Source of the DNA: Candidatus Saccharimonadales bacterium
GTDB taxonomy: Bacteria > Patescibacteriota > Saccharimonadia > Saccharimonadales > EFPC-124
Assembly (NCBI GenBank): GCA_050730875.1
Contig: JBOHNX010000001.1
Span: 230,620 to 294,619, forward strand
DNA: 64,000 bases
Direction: 5' to 3'
This document shows positions 27,689 through 37,400 of the stretch, piece after piece; the stretch's first letter is position 1; each line of letters begins with the position of its first letter. The position numbers and the translations under genes were made by a program. The notes below the pieces were generated by a model, which worked only from the letters and a program-made list of their open reading frames with translations, ran no database searches and was not told the DNA's origin.

Positions 27689-29238
27689 AATTTATTAATA
27701 ATCTGCAAGATATCTTTGCCGTAAGTTTCGAGTTTTTGTGGCCCGATACCTGGTATGCGTTTTAGGTCTTTTTCGGTGCGTGGTTTACTGGCTGCGAGCT
27801 GCTCGAGTAGGCTGTTATGGGCAACGATGTAAGCTGGTTTGCCTAATTCGGCTGCTTTCTTGGTGCGCCAACTTTTGAGTGCTTCGAATACGGTTTGGTC
27901 AATTGGTAACGTAGCAGCAGCTTTTGCTTTTCGTTCGTTTTCGCCACTTTCCTCGGCGGCCTGCCAGCCTGTAATAAGTTGGGCATGTGCATCGAGCGCA
28001 TGCTCGCTCTTTTGTCGCAGCTCGGCATCGATTTGCCGTGCGAGCGGACTGACGCGCAGCGCCATGCCGTTGAGCCCATCTAAAATTAAATGGTCAATGC
28101 CGCGCACGCGCGAAAGTGCAACGTAGCCCATTCCTTCAACAAACGCCCGGCTTAGATCAATGCGTGCGGCATCGAGTGTCATGCCTTGGCTTTTATGGAC
28201 GGTAATCGCCCAAGCCAGGCGTAACGGTAATTGCGATATTTGAGCGCGGCGTTTATCGCCATCCATAAGCTCCCAGGTTTCTGGCTGCACGGTAATGGTG
28301 CGGCCGTTGTTAAGTTCAATTGTTGGATACTTTGTAACCTCTTCGAAGTCGACAACAACGCCGAGACTCCCGTTCACATACTTGCGGTCTTGGGAATTTT
28401 TAACACACATGACTCTGGCGCCCTTTTTCAGTTGCAATATTTCTGGCGCAAGGCACGAACGTTTTAGCTGTTCGATATACTTTTTGCCACCGGATGCCTC
28501 CATGGTGTACTCGTAAGTCGAGGTGTCTAGTTCGGCCAGGTGTTCGAGGTTGACCGAATCGACGTCGACATTTACGGTGAGCAAGCGCGTGCGTGTGGTA
28601 AACGGATCGTCGATTGCATTAGCACGGTCTTGCAAGGCCTTAAGTTGGCTTTGTCTGAGCACACCAGCGCGAATACCGTTTAAAATATCGGTGTAAAGCT
28701 GATCTTCGCTTTGGCGGAATTGCTCCTGCAGGTAGCAAACGGTAAATAAATCTTGGTCCCACGCTTGCGAGAATGTCACAAAACTTCCCTGCCGACTATC
28801 GCGGCGGTTAATCGGCGGCAGCTGGAAAAAATCGCCGCTCATAACGACTTGTACGCCGCCAAACGGTTCGTCGCTTTCACGTACTGCGCGCAGCACTTGG
28901 TCGACCATATCCAGCCGAAAATCGTGTAGCATGCTAATTTCATCAATCACTAGCACATCGGCTTTATTAATGAGTGTTTGGCGCTGCTGGCTAAGTTTTT
29001 TAATTTGTTGGGGTTCGAGTGTATCGTGCACGCCAATCCCCGCCCAGGCGTGAATAGTGGTGCCGTTTAAATGAGTTGCCGCTAGACCAGTTGTCGCTGT
29101 TATGGCGACGTTTTGGCCCCGCTGTTTGGCACGACGAATAAACTTATTTAATAAGTACGTTTTGCCTGTGCCTGCTGCGCCGGTTATGAGCACACTGCGG
29201 CCGGATTCTAAAATCGCTAACGCTTCATTCTGAGTCAC
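27685..29238 (-). CDS. PIF1/RecD-like ATP-dependent DNA helicase with C-terminal HRDC/HhH-like domain
   Basis: 517 aa; Walker A GAAGTGKT; AAA_30/UvrD_C-type motifs; C-terminal ...VAHNSLLEQLAASKP...IPGIGPQK. Confidence 0.8.
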   Translation of the reverse strand: MTQNEALAILESGRSVLITGAAGTGKTYLLNKFIRRAKQRGQNVAITATTGLAATHLNGTTIHAWAGIGVHDTLEPQQIKKLSQQRQTLINKADVLVIDEISMLHDFRLDMVDQVLRAVRESDEPFGGVQVVMSGDFFQLPPINRRDSRQGSFVTFSQAWDQDLFTVCYLQEQFRQSEDQLYTDILNGIRAGVLRQSQLKALQDRANAIDDPFTTRTRLLTVNVDVDSVNLEHLAELDTSTYEYTMEASGGKKYIEQLKRSCLAPEILQLKKGARVMCVKNSQDRKYVNGSLGVVVDFEEVTKYPTIELNNGRTITVQPETWELMDGDKRRAQISQLPLRLAWAITVHKSQGMTLDAARIDLSRAFVEGMGYVALSRVRGIDHLILDGLNGMALRVSPLARQIDAELRQKSEHALDAHAQLITGWQAAEESGENERKAKAAATLPIDQTVFEALKSWRTKKAAELGKPAYIVAHNSLLEQLAASKPRTEKDLKRIPGIGPQKLETYGKDILQIINKF

Positions 29239-29248
29239 TTTTGTACCT

Positions 29249-29411
29249 TAGCACACGTTCCTTGCTTCGTCACAGCCCCAGATCACACCAGACCGGCTGC
29301 AAGCTTCCAACCCTCACTCGACGTAGCTATGGCTATGCCTCCTTCGGTTTAAAAGCTTTCGCTCGGCCTGGAGTAACCTGGAATTTATGACGAAGCAAGG
29401 AACGTGTGCTA
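29249..29411. repeat. perfect 24-bp inverted repeat pair (TAGCACACGTTCCTTGCTTCGTCA / TGACGAAGCAAGGAACGTGTGCTA) flanking a 115-bp core; MITE-like or long stem-loop
   Basis: arms at 29249-29272 and 29388-29411 are exact reverse complements; lies in a divergent promoter region. Confidence 0.5.
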
Positions 29412-29427
29412 GGGAACTTGGCTTGCA

Positions 29428-29715
29428 ATGCAAGTTACAATGGGTAGTATGGAGCGATGGTCGCAGCAAGTCACTAAGCATAGCAACGCGCTCGATCTAG
29501 ACAAGGGAGTTTTTACCTGGAGTGATCCGCGCAAAATTGCCCGGTCGCTCAAAAAGTCTGCCGAGGCTAGCAAGCGGCGAAAAGGCACGCTGTATCAATC
29601 GGCAATGTCGATGCTCAACTTTTATATAAACCGCGCTGGCCGAAATTTGCCCGACGCGCAAAAACAGGTGTTGCAAAACGCTAAAGCTGAGTTACGACAA
29701 CTGTTTGATAAGTGA
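29428..29715 (+). CDS. DUF3175-like small conserved protein
   Basis: 95 aa; DPRKIARSLKKSAE...SAMSMLNFYINRAG pattern. Confidence 0.45.
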   Translation: MQVTMGSMERWSQQVTKHSNALDLDKGVFTWSDPRKIARSLKKSAEASKRRKGTLYQSAMSMLNFYINRAGRNLPDAQKQVLQNAKAELRQLFDK

Positions 29716-29733
29716 ATGCACTCATGCTATAAT
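29705..29733 (+). promoter_or_regulatory. sigma70-like promoter TTGATA-17-TATAAT upstream of typA
   Basis: consensus-like hexamers with 17-bp spacing, seen directly. Confidence 0.35.
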
Positions 29734-29760
29734 ATAAAAAATTAAGTAGTTTCTATTAAG

Positions 29761-29781
29761 GGCGCTACGGAGCGCTTTTTT
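29761..29781 (+). terminator. GC hairpin (GGCGCT-ACGG-AGCGCT) followed by T6, between the promoter and the typA ATG
   Basis: 6-bp stem, 4-nt loop, U-tract; may terminate the DUF3175 gene or attenuate typA. Confidence 0.4.
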
Positions 29782-29784
29782 AAA

Positions 29785-31623
29785 ATGAACCAAGACCCAA
29801 CCAAAATTCGAAACATCGCAATTATCGCCCACGTTGACCACGGCAAAACAACCTTGGTCGATGGGCTGCTTAAGCAATCCAAAACATTCCGCGACAACCA
29901 AGCCGAAATGAGCCAAGAGCTCATTATGGATAGCGGCGACCAAGAGCGCGAGCGCGGTATTACTATTACTGCCAAAGTAACTGCCGTGCAGCACGGTGAT
30001 TACCGAATCAATATTATCGATACGCCAGGTCACGCTGATTTTAGCGGTGAGGTTGAGCGTACTCTGAACATGGCCGATGGCTGTCTGCTCATTGTCGACG
30101 CCCAGGAAGGGCCAATGCCACAAACCAAGTTTGTGCTGACGAAAGCTTTGGCAAATGGTTTAAAGCCAATCGTTATTATCAACAAAATCGACAAAGACGG
30201 CAGTCGTATTAGCGAAGTTGAAAACGAGCTAGCTGATTTATTTTTGGAGCTTGCAGTCCACGAAGACCAACTCCACTATCCCGTTTATTATGCAGTGGGT
30301 CGTGCCGGTAAAGCTTGGGAGCAGGTGCCAACCGACTTAGAGAATGCCGATGGTTTAGAAGTGCTGTTTAAAGCAATTATCAATGATATCCCAGCGCCAA
30401 AAGTTGAGCTCGATGGGCCGTTCCAGATGCTGGTGACTGCGCTGGCTTGGGATACATTTAAAGGTAAATACGCAATTGGCCGCATCACGCGTGGCCGCAT
30501 TAAAGCTATGGACAGCGTGATGCTGTGCAAAAAAGATGGCTCGCAAACTCGTGCCAAAGTAGGACTGGTATTTATGAGCCGCGGCGTGAGCAAATTTGAA
30601 GTGGCAGAAGGTATCGCTGGTGACATCGTGCAGCTTACAGGTATTACGGATGTTCAAATTGGCGAAACAATCGCCGATGCCGAAAACCCAGAAGCTCTAC
30701 CGGTTATTGAAGTCGAAGACCCAACACTCAAAATTTATTTAGGTCCTAACACCAGCCCGCTTAAAGGCACCGAAGGTGAATTTACAACCTCTCGCCAAAT
30801 TGCCGACCGCCTGAAAAAAGAACTTGAAACAAATGTTGGTTTGCGTATTGAAGAAACTAACATCGGCTTTTTGGTCAGTGGCCGTGGCGAATTACACCTA
30901 AGCGTGCTTATCGAAACCATGCGTCGTGAAGGTTTTGAATTTGAAGTTGGTCGCCCGCAGGTTGTTACAAAAGAAGAAGACGGTAAGATTTTAGAGCCAG
31001 TTGAAGAGCTTATCGTCGAAGTCCCAGCTGAACATGTTGGTGCGGTGCAAATGGAATTGGGCCAGCGCCGCGCTGTTTTGAAGGAGCAATTCGTTGGCCA
31101 AAAAGACACCACAAAGCTGGTGTATGAGTTACCAACACGTGCATTGCTTGGTTTGCGAAACATACTGCTGACCAACACAAAAGGCACTGTTATTATGAAC
31201 AGCCTTATGAGTGGCTACCAACCTTTGGGAGCCGCGCTGCCGCAGCTGCGTAAAGGTGTGTTGATTGCATTCGAAGCTGGCAACACAACACCCTATGCAT
31301 TACAGACAGTTGAAACTCGTGGCACCTGTTTTGTTGGCCCTGGCCAAAAGGTGTACGGAGGCCAAATTATCGGCCTTAACACCCGTCAGGAAGACATGGA
31401 AATTAATGCCTGCAAAGCGAAACATCTTACAAATATCCGCAGTTCATCGAGCGATGGCACCGTGCAGCTGACGCCACCAACAATTTTCAGCCTGGAAGAA
31501 TGCCTGGACTTTATTGAAAAAGACGAACTTTTGGAAGTAACACCAAAGTCATTGCGTCTGCGCAAAGCCGAGCTCGATCCCAACCGCCGCAAGCGCCAAA
31601 ACTTGGCGCACGCTAAGCCGTAG
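29785..31623 (+). CDS. typA: translational GTPase TypA/BipA
   Basis: 612 aa; AIIAHVDHGKTTL, DTPGHADF, NKID G-motifs and EF-G-like domains. Confidence 0.95.
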   Translation: MNQDPTKIRNIAIIAHVDHGKTTLVDGLLKQSKTFRDNQAEMSQELIMDSGDQERERGITITAKVTAVQHGDYRINIIDTPGHADFSGEVERTLNMADGCLLIVDAQEGPMPQTKFVLTKALANGLKPIVIINKIDKDGSRISEVENELADLFLELAVHEDQLHYPVYYAVGRAGKAWEQVPTDLENADGLEVLFKAIINDIPAPKVELDGPFQMLVTALAWDTFKGKYAIGRITRGRIKAMDSVMLCKKDGSQTRAKVGLVFMSRGVSKFEVAEGIAGDIVQLTGITDVQIGETIADAENPEALPVIEVEDPTLKIYLGPNTSPLKGTEGEFTTSRQIADRLKKELETNVGLRIEETNIGFLVSGRGELHLSVLIETMRREGFEFEVGRPQVVTKEEDGKILEPVEELIVEVPAEHVGAVQMELGQRRAVLKEQFVGQKDTTKLVYELPTRALLGLRNILLTNTKGTVIMNSLMSGYQPLGAALPQLRKGVLIAFEAGNTTPYALQTVETRGTCFVGPGQKVYGGQIIGLNTRQEDMEINACKAKHLTNIRSSSSDGTVQLTPPTIFSLEECLDFIEKDELLEVTPKSLRLRKAELDPNRRKRQNLAHAKP

Positions 31624-32710
31624 CCAATTCGACAGACCGAGCAAGCGCGGCACGTGCCGCAAGGAGCTGCCGGCGTCCTAAGCCACAGGCAGCGGCCACG
31701 CCAACCTGACGGTTAAGTTTGTTTTCGACCAACCAGAGTGCCCGCTTCTGTTGGTTGAGGGGCTGAGTTTCTTGAACGATACCTGCATAGAATTGGGTTT
31801 CGTCTGGCAAATGCAAGTTTTGCAGCGGTTGATAAAACCGTTCGTTTTGCGGCGCTGGACCGTTACTGGTAGCGATTGGTGCATGTACATATTTTAGTGG
31901 CTGTCGATCTTTTGGCCATGCGCGCAGCACTGCACGAGCGAGTTTTACAACCGGATCTAGTGTATCCATGGCAGCCTCGGCCCTGTTGTCGAGGCTCCCT
32001 AAGCAAAGATGCAGACCTAATTGAGCGTCTTCTGGTACGGCCATAGCAAGCCGTGCAATGCGCTGCCCCATGATATTTGCAACTAGCGGTCGAAGTGGTT
32101 CGGGCGTCTTTGTCGTGAGGATAAGTTCTGCTGTGGCTTCTATTTGGCAGATAGTACGGTGTGGCTGCCAGTTAGCAATATTGGTAATTTCTCTGGCTGT
32201 AGCCTCGGCAAAAGCATTGTAGTGACGAAGTAAAGCACGGGCATCTTGCACAGTCTGCGGTTTAAAAAGCGTTTTCAGGTCTGGCTGTCCAGCTGGGCCT
32301 ATTGCAATAAATTCCATAGTTGTTGGGCTGGGGATGCTTACTTGATAGGCCAAATCTTCGGTGCGACCGTACTTTCGCGCTGTGTCTTCAAATAGATTCC
32401 AGTTTTTGTGTGCGTACATGGCATATGGAAGTGGTATATCTTCTGCTCGGAGTCTATCCTTCACTCGCAAAATGGTTCGACCCGCGACAGTCGACCAATC
32501 ACCCTCTTGTTTTACTTCAAACGCTTGGCTATGACGCAGTGCTTCAACAATATGCATAACGTAGCCTTGACGCTCACCCGTTTCGCCATCCGGCAAGCTC
32601 CGAAGGTACGGACCGACTGTATCTATCATTTCTGTTATTGCTGCACCTTCATTTTTTGCTGGATAGCTTCCAACTTGGTGGATTGTTCGAAAGTTTGATT
32701 GCTCGCTCAT
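31613..32710 (-). CDS. MetE-like (cobalamin-independent methionine synthase/UroD-fold family) protein, function uncertain
   Basis: 365 aa; CQIEATAEL and LHLCLGS resemble MetE zinc-site motifs. Confidence 0.4.
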   Translation of the reverse strand: MSEQSNFRTIHQVGSYPAKNEGAAITEMIDTVGPYLRSLPDGETGERQGYVMHIVEALRHSQAFEVKQEGDWSTVAGRTILRVKDRLRAEDIPLPYAMYAHKNWNLFEDTARKYGRTEDLAYQVSIPSPTTMEFIAIGPAGQPDLKTLFKPQTVQDARALLRHYNAFAEATAREITNIANWQPHRTICQIEATAELILTTKTPEPLRPLVANIMGQRIARLAMAVPEDAQLGLHLCLGSLDNRAEAAMDTLDPVVKLARAVLRAWPKDRQPLKYVHAPIATSNGPAPQNERFYQPLQNLHLPDETQFYAGIVQETQPLNQQKRALWLVENKLNRQVGVAAACGLGRRQLLAARAALARSVELATA

Positions 32711-32788
32711 ATTCCTCCTAATGTTGCTTACTATGAACCTTAATTATTTTACCAAGCCACAGATTTTGAATTAGTCTATAATCTGAGT

Positions 32789-33448
32789 ATGAACCACACA
32801 CAGCCAGCTGCTGCAATAAAAGTAAAAACGTTCTTTGCTGATTTTCCGCTGCGCCAGTACGATAAAGGAAATATTCTTGTGCATGCTGGCGATGAACCGC
32901 AGGGCGTATTCTATTTACATAAAGGTCAGGTGCGCCAGTACGCTATAAACGACCGTGGCGACGAGATTGTCGTGAATGTCTTTAAGCCTGGTGCGTTCTT
33001 CCTGATGTCTTGGGCAATTAATAAAACGCCGAACCGTTATTTTTTGGATGCATTGGAAGATGTTGAAGTGTACGTGGCGCCAGCCGAGCGAGTTGTGCAA
33101 TTTGTGCAGACAAATCCCGATGTACTTTTTGATCTGCTGCAACGAGTTTACAGCGGTGTGGATGGCATACTGGAGCGAATGGTGCTTTTGATGGGTGGCG
33201 ATGCGCGGAGTCGCCTTATGCTTGAGCTGCTTATATCTGCGCGCCGCACTGGTGTGCCGCGTGGCTCTAACTCACATACAGTGCATTTGACCGAATCAGA
33301 TCTCGCGACTCGTACAGGCATGAGCCGAGAAACAGTCAGTCGCGAAATGCGTCATTTAAAAAAGACCGGTTTAGTCGAAGTTGCATATAAACAAATAACG
33401 TTGTTAGACGTAAGAGCTCTCGAGAAAGCCGTCCGCCCAGAAGTGTAG
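32789..33448 (+). CDS. Crp/Fnr-family transcriptional regulator
   Basis: 219 aa; cNMP-binding beta-roll plus C-terminal HTH (MSRETVSREMRHLKKTGLV); perfect 7-bp hairpin CAGTGAC-GTAG-GTCACTG just downstream. Confidence 0.8.
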   Translation: MNHTQPAAAIKVKTFFADFPLRQYDKGNILVHAGDEPQGVFYLHKGQVRQYAINDRGDEIVVNVFKPGAFFLMSWAINKTPNRYFLDALEDVEVYVAPAERVVQFVQTNPDVLFDLLQRVYSGVDGILERMVLLMGGDARSRLMLELLISARRTGVPRGSNSHTVHLTESDLATRTGMSRETVSREMRHLKKTGLVEVAYKQITLLDVRALEKAVRPEV

Positions 33449-33507
33449 CAGTGACGTAGGTCACTGCATCTAGTGCCATTTTGCGCGTACGCTTTTTGTA
33501 GGAGGAT

Positions 33508-33846
33508 ATGATGGCACATATTCCTACAAGCAAAAGTGTTGCTCTCCGGAAGGCACTCACGCGTTTGGTCGAATTAGAGGCTGAAATGCGGAAGAAATCG
33601 AGTATTGAGCGCGCCGCTAAACGTCCAGTAGTCGCTGTGGGCAGCGCGGTTTGGATTAAAGACGCGCATACTGTTAAAAAAGTGGTTATAGTCCCCAAGG
33701 AGGAAGCTAACCCTTTTACGAACCATATTTCTACCGATTCTCCACTCGGAAGTGCGCTTCTTGGCAAGCACGTTAACGATATCGTGCAGGTAGTGACATC
33801 TTTTAATCGTCATATTTACGTCATTGCTGCAATAAGTATTGTGTGA
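33508..33846 (+). CDS. GreA/GreB C-terminal-domain family protein (Rnk-like)
   Basis: 112 aa; ...VGSAVWIKD...ISTDSPLGSALLGKHVNDIV resembles the Gre FKBP-like domain. Confidence 0.55.
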   Translation: MMAHIPTSKSVALRKALTRLVELEAEMRKKSSIERAAKRPVVAVGSAVWIKDAHTVKKVVIVPKEEANPFTNHISTDSPLGSALLGKHVNDIVQVVTSFNRHIYVIAAISIV

Positions 33847-34417
33847 TATTCCTCACAGCAAATTAACCTCAAGAAGAGCATACTTAGGAGTGCAAGGAGG
33901 CATGAGCGGTATGATGAGGATGATTGACGACCGCGGTGTGCATATGCGCATTATTAGACCAAGCGCTGCCATGCTGCTGATGCGCCTCTTCGCGGTTATA
34001 CTATTGCTTGATACTGCGTATGTACTGGCAATGGCGGCTGTCCTATTTATCTCCGTTGGCGTTGGTTTCGACCAGCTACCCCTGCTTATGCTGTGGGGGT
34101 TATATATACTTAAATTCTTCCTTTCAGTCGTATTGCTCCTTCCCCTATTCATGCGATCACTTGGCACCACTATAGTCATGACTAAAGACCACTTGTGTAT
34201 TGACAAGGGAATGGTTCAGGAAGAAGAGCGAATCTATGAACTTGCCCAACTACAAGCCATTAAGCTCCGACAAGGTTGGCTTGGTAAGCGTCTTAATTTT
34301 GGTGACATCATACTAACGCTTGGTTCGCGCAGTTACACCGAAATAGTTGAGCTGCTCGGAGTATCAGAGCCGCATGAGCATGTCGCGCATATCTCTCGTT
34401 ATCTCAAACCTGTCTAA
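33839..34417 (+). CDS. membrane protein with bacterial PH (bPH_2/YdbS-like) domain
   Basis: two TM helices followed by ...IYELAQLQAIKLRQGWLGKRLNFGDIILTLGS. Confidence 0.45.
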   Translation: MCDIPHSKLTSRRAYLGVQGGMSGMMRMIDDRGVHMRIIRPSAAMLLMRLFAVILLLDTAYVLAMAAVLFISVGVGFDQLPLLMLWGLYILKFFLSVVLLLPLFMRSLGTTIVMTKDHLCIDKGMVQEEERIYELAQLQAIKLRQGWLGKRLNFGDIILTLGSRSYTEIVELLGVSEPHEHVAHISRYLKPV

Positions 34418-34421
34418 GCAA

Positions 34422-37400
34422 CTACTGTACTGCTCGGAAAGCGACCATTTGTGAAAGGTAACGGTGCGCGAGCGCGAAGGTGTTTGTTGAGGCAACTTGC
34501 CCAGCCGTTGGTTGGACCATGTCTTGCGTAAAGAGATCTTCGTTATTGACCGAGTTTCGGTACGTGAATCCTGTGCCAGCGGTGATATCGGTTGTCCCAG
34601 TGTCATCCATAATCGCGCCGAAGATTAAGGCGCCGTTGGCTGTGGTTGTGGCGTTGCCACTCGTGATTGCATCTGTGCCAGTAGTGCCGACGGCATTATT
34701 CATGGATGTGACATCCACAGGGTTCGCTGTGTCGATGCCGCTGTACTCATGAATAACCAGGCGGTGGTATTTGGCCGATGCGCTAAAGCTCACTGTCACC
34801 GTATTTGCGCTAGCTTTCACATTGGTCGCGTAGCAAACCGCAAGCGACTGGTTTTTAGTGCTGTCGTATTGGCGGGTAGCAATTGCGTAGACATTACCTT
34901 GTGTGTCGCTACAAGTTGGGTTTGCGTTGCTGCCCCACGAGAATGCAACCACAATTGTATTGCCGATGGTGTTTGGTGTGTCAAAGGCTTGGCTGATAGT
35001 GGCGGCTGACGAGGTGCCGATAGAGGTAGCGGCGGCGTTTTGAATATGGGCGATAGGACTTGGCACGGGGTCTGCCTCTGTTGTAAAGCTGAAGTCACCC
35101 GAAGCCGCAAGGTTCCCTGCACTATCACGCGAAAGCACACGGTAGTGGTAGGTGGTGTTTGATGCCAGGCCACTTAAACCTGCGCTGTGCGAAGTCGCAA
35201 GCGTGGCATTAAGGGGTGTGCTCGAACCATAGGCGGCTGTGGTGCCATATTCAACCTGTGTGTCGGCAGCCTCGTCGGTCGTCCATGTGATGGTAGCAGC
35301 ATTGGTCGTCACGTTCGAACTGCTCACGGCAGAGATGGCCGGCGGAGTGGCATCTGCCGGAGGGGCTGCTTCGGTTGTAAGTGTGGCGCTTGCCGATGTT
35401 GCCACATTGCCAGCCCCGTCCCGCGAAAGTACCCGGTAATGGTATGTCGTACCCGGCTGCAGGCCGCTTAAGGCGTTGCTATGGCTGGTGGTTAATGCGG
35501 TGTTAGGGGCTGTGACTGAGCCAAACTGGTCAGTTGTGCCGTATTCAACTTGCGAATCTGCAGGTTCATCGGTGTCCCAAGTTATAGTTGCTGAGCTTGT
35601 GGTCGCGTTAGAACTCACGATATTCGATATGACTGGCGGTGTAGTGTCTTGCACTGGCGGCTGGGCGGTTGTAAACGTAAAGTCGCCTGACACAGCACTG
35701 TTGCCAGCGGCATCTTTTGAAAGCACGCGGTAATGGTACGTTGTACCGGCTTGCAAACCGCTAAGGTCCGCGCTGTGGTTTGCCGTCAGGTTGGTGCCGA
35801 GCGGTGTGCTCGAACCGTAGGCGGTCGTAGAGCCGTACTCTACTAGGCTGTCAGCTGGCTCGTTAGTTGTCCACTGCACTGTTGCGCCGGCCGTGGTGAC
35901 GTTTGAGCTTGCGACATTGCTGATGCTTGGCGCAGTGGTGTCGGTCGGCGTGCCAGTTGCGAGATCTTGAATTTCTGCTGCGTCAAGCGCGCGACTGTAC
36001 ACGCGGGCATCGTCAATCTTACCGTCCCATTCGCTCGAGTTGCTGCCGGGGTTGCGGCCGATATTTACGCCAACTGTCGGGTCGGTATCGATGGCGCCTG
36101 TCTTCCCTACCCAGCCGACTTCAGTACCGTTGAGGTAGAGCTTCATGGTGGTGCCATCGTAGCGAGCAACAACATGGCTCCACTGGTTTAGCGGGACGTT
36201 GCCGGTAGTGGCGATGAGCGTTTTTGTGGTTCCGCCAGCTTTTAGGCGGAAGCGGAGCACCGTTTGGGTATCTTTTTTGAAAGTCGAAAGCATCCAGTAG
36301 TGGCTTTGCTCCGAGCTGCCGTTTGCTTTGGAGATGATGCGGTTGTCTTGGTAGCTGCCGGTAAACGAGTCGGGGTTGACCCAGGCGCTGATTGTCATTG
36401 CTTGGCCGCTTACGTCAAATGGTTGGATATTCACGTAGTCATCGGCACCGTCAAAATTGACCGCGTTACCAAAACGCCCTGGCGATACGAAGTTCGCGCC
36501 GAGTTCCAGGGTACCGCCTCGCCCGTTCCCTGAGCTGTCTGCTGCCAAGAGCCCGCTTGCTTCGTCAAATTGCCAGTGTCCTTGAAGCGTTGGTGGTACA
36601 ACGGGTGTCGTAAACGTTTCGTCGGTTGATGTTGCCACATTGCCAGCCCCGTCCCGCGAAAGTACCCGGTAATGGTATGTCGTACCCGGCTGCAGGCCGC
36701 TTAAGCTTGCACTGTGGTCTGCCACCATTGTTGCGTTGGGCGGCGTGCTTTGGCCGTAAGCCGTGGTGGTGCCGTATTCTACTTGGCTGTCAGAGACTTC
36801 GTTCGTATTCCAGGTAATGGTGGCTCCAGTTGCTGTGACGTTGTTGCTGGCAACATTTGAAATGACTGGAGCGGTTGTGTCGGGAGTTGCAGTTGTAAAC
36901 GTCAGGTCCGCGGAGACAGTTTGGTTGCTGGCAGCATCGCTTGAAACAACCCGGTAGTGGTACGTTGTCCCAGGGGCAAGGGCGTCCAGGTTAACCGTGT
37001 GTTGCGTGCCAAAGCCTGCCACGGTTTTGGTGCTGCCGTAGGCGGTGTCGGTGCCGTACTCGACTCTGCTGCTGGCGGCTTCGTTGGTCGTCCAGCCGAC
37101 CGTAGCACTGCTTTGAGTCACGTTGGTGGTAGCGACGTTGCTAACAACGGGTGGTGTGATGTCTCCCCCAGACCCGAGCGGCGTGATGGTCACATTGCCA
37201 TACGTCGCGTCGACATGGTGTGCAACAAGCGCGAGTGAACCGTTGGCCAGGCCGCCTGCCGGCACGGTGTTTACAAGGCTCCAGGTTGCTGGCTCAGGTT
37301 GTCCGGCTTCCCACACCTTCATACTGTAGGTGCTACTACCGTCAGGCTGGGTTTCTACCCGCTGTTTCATGAGATAAGTTGTTCCGACTACAGGAGTAGA

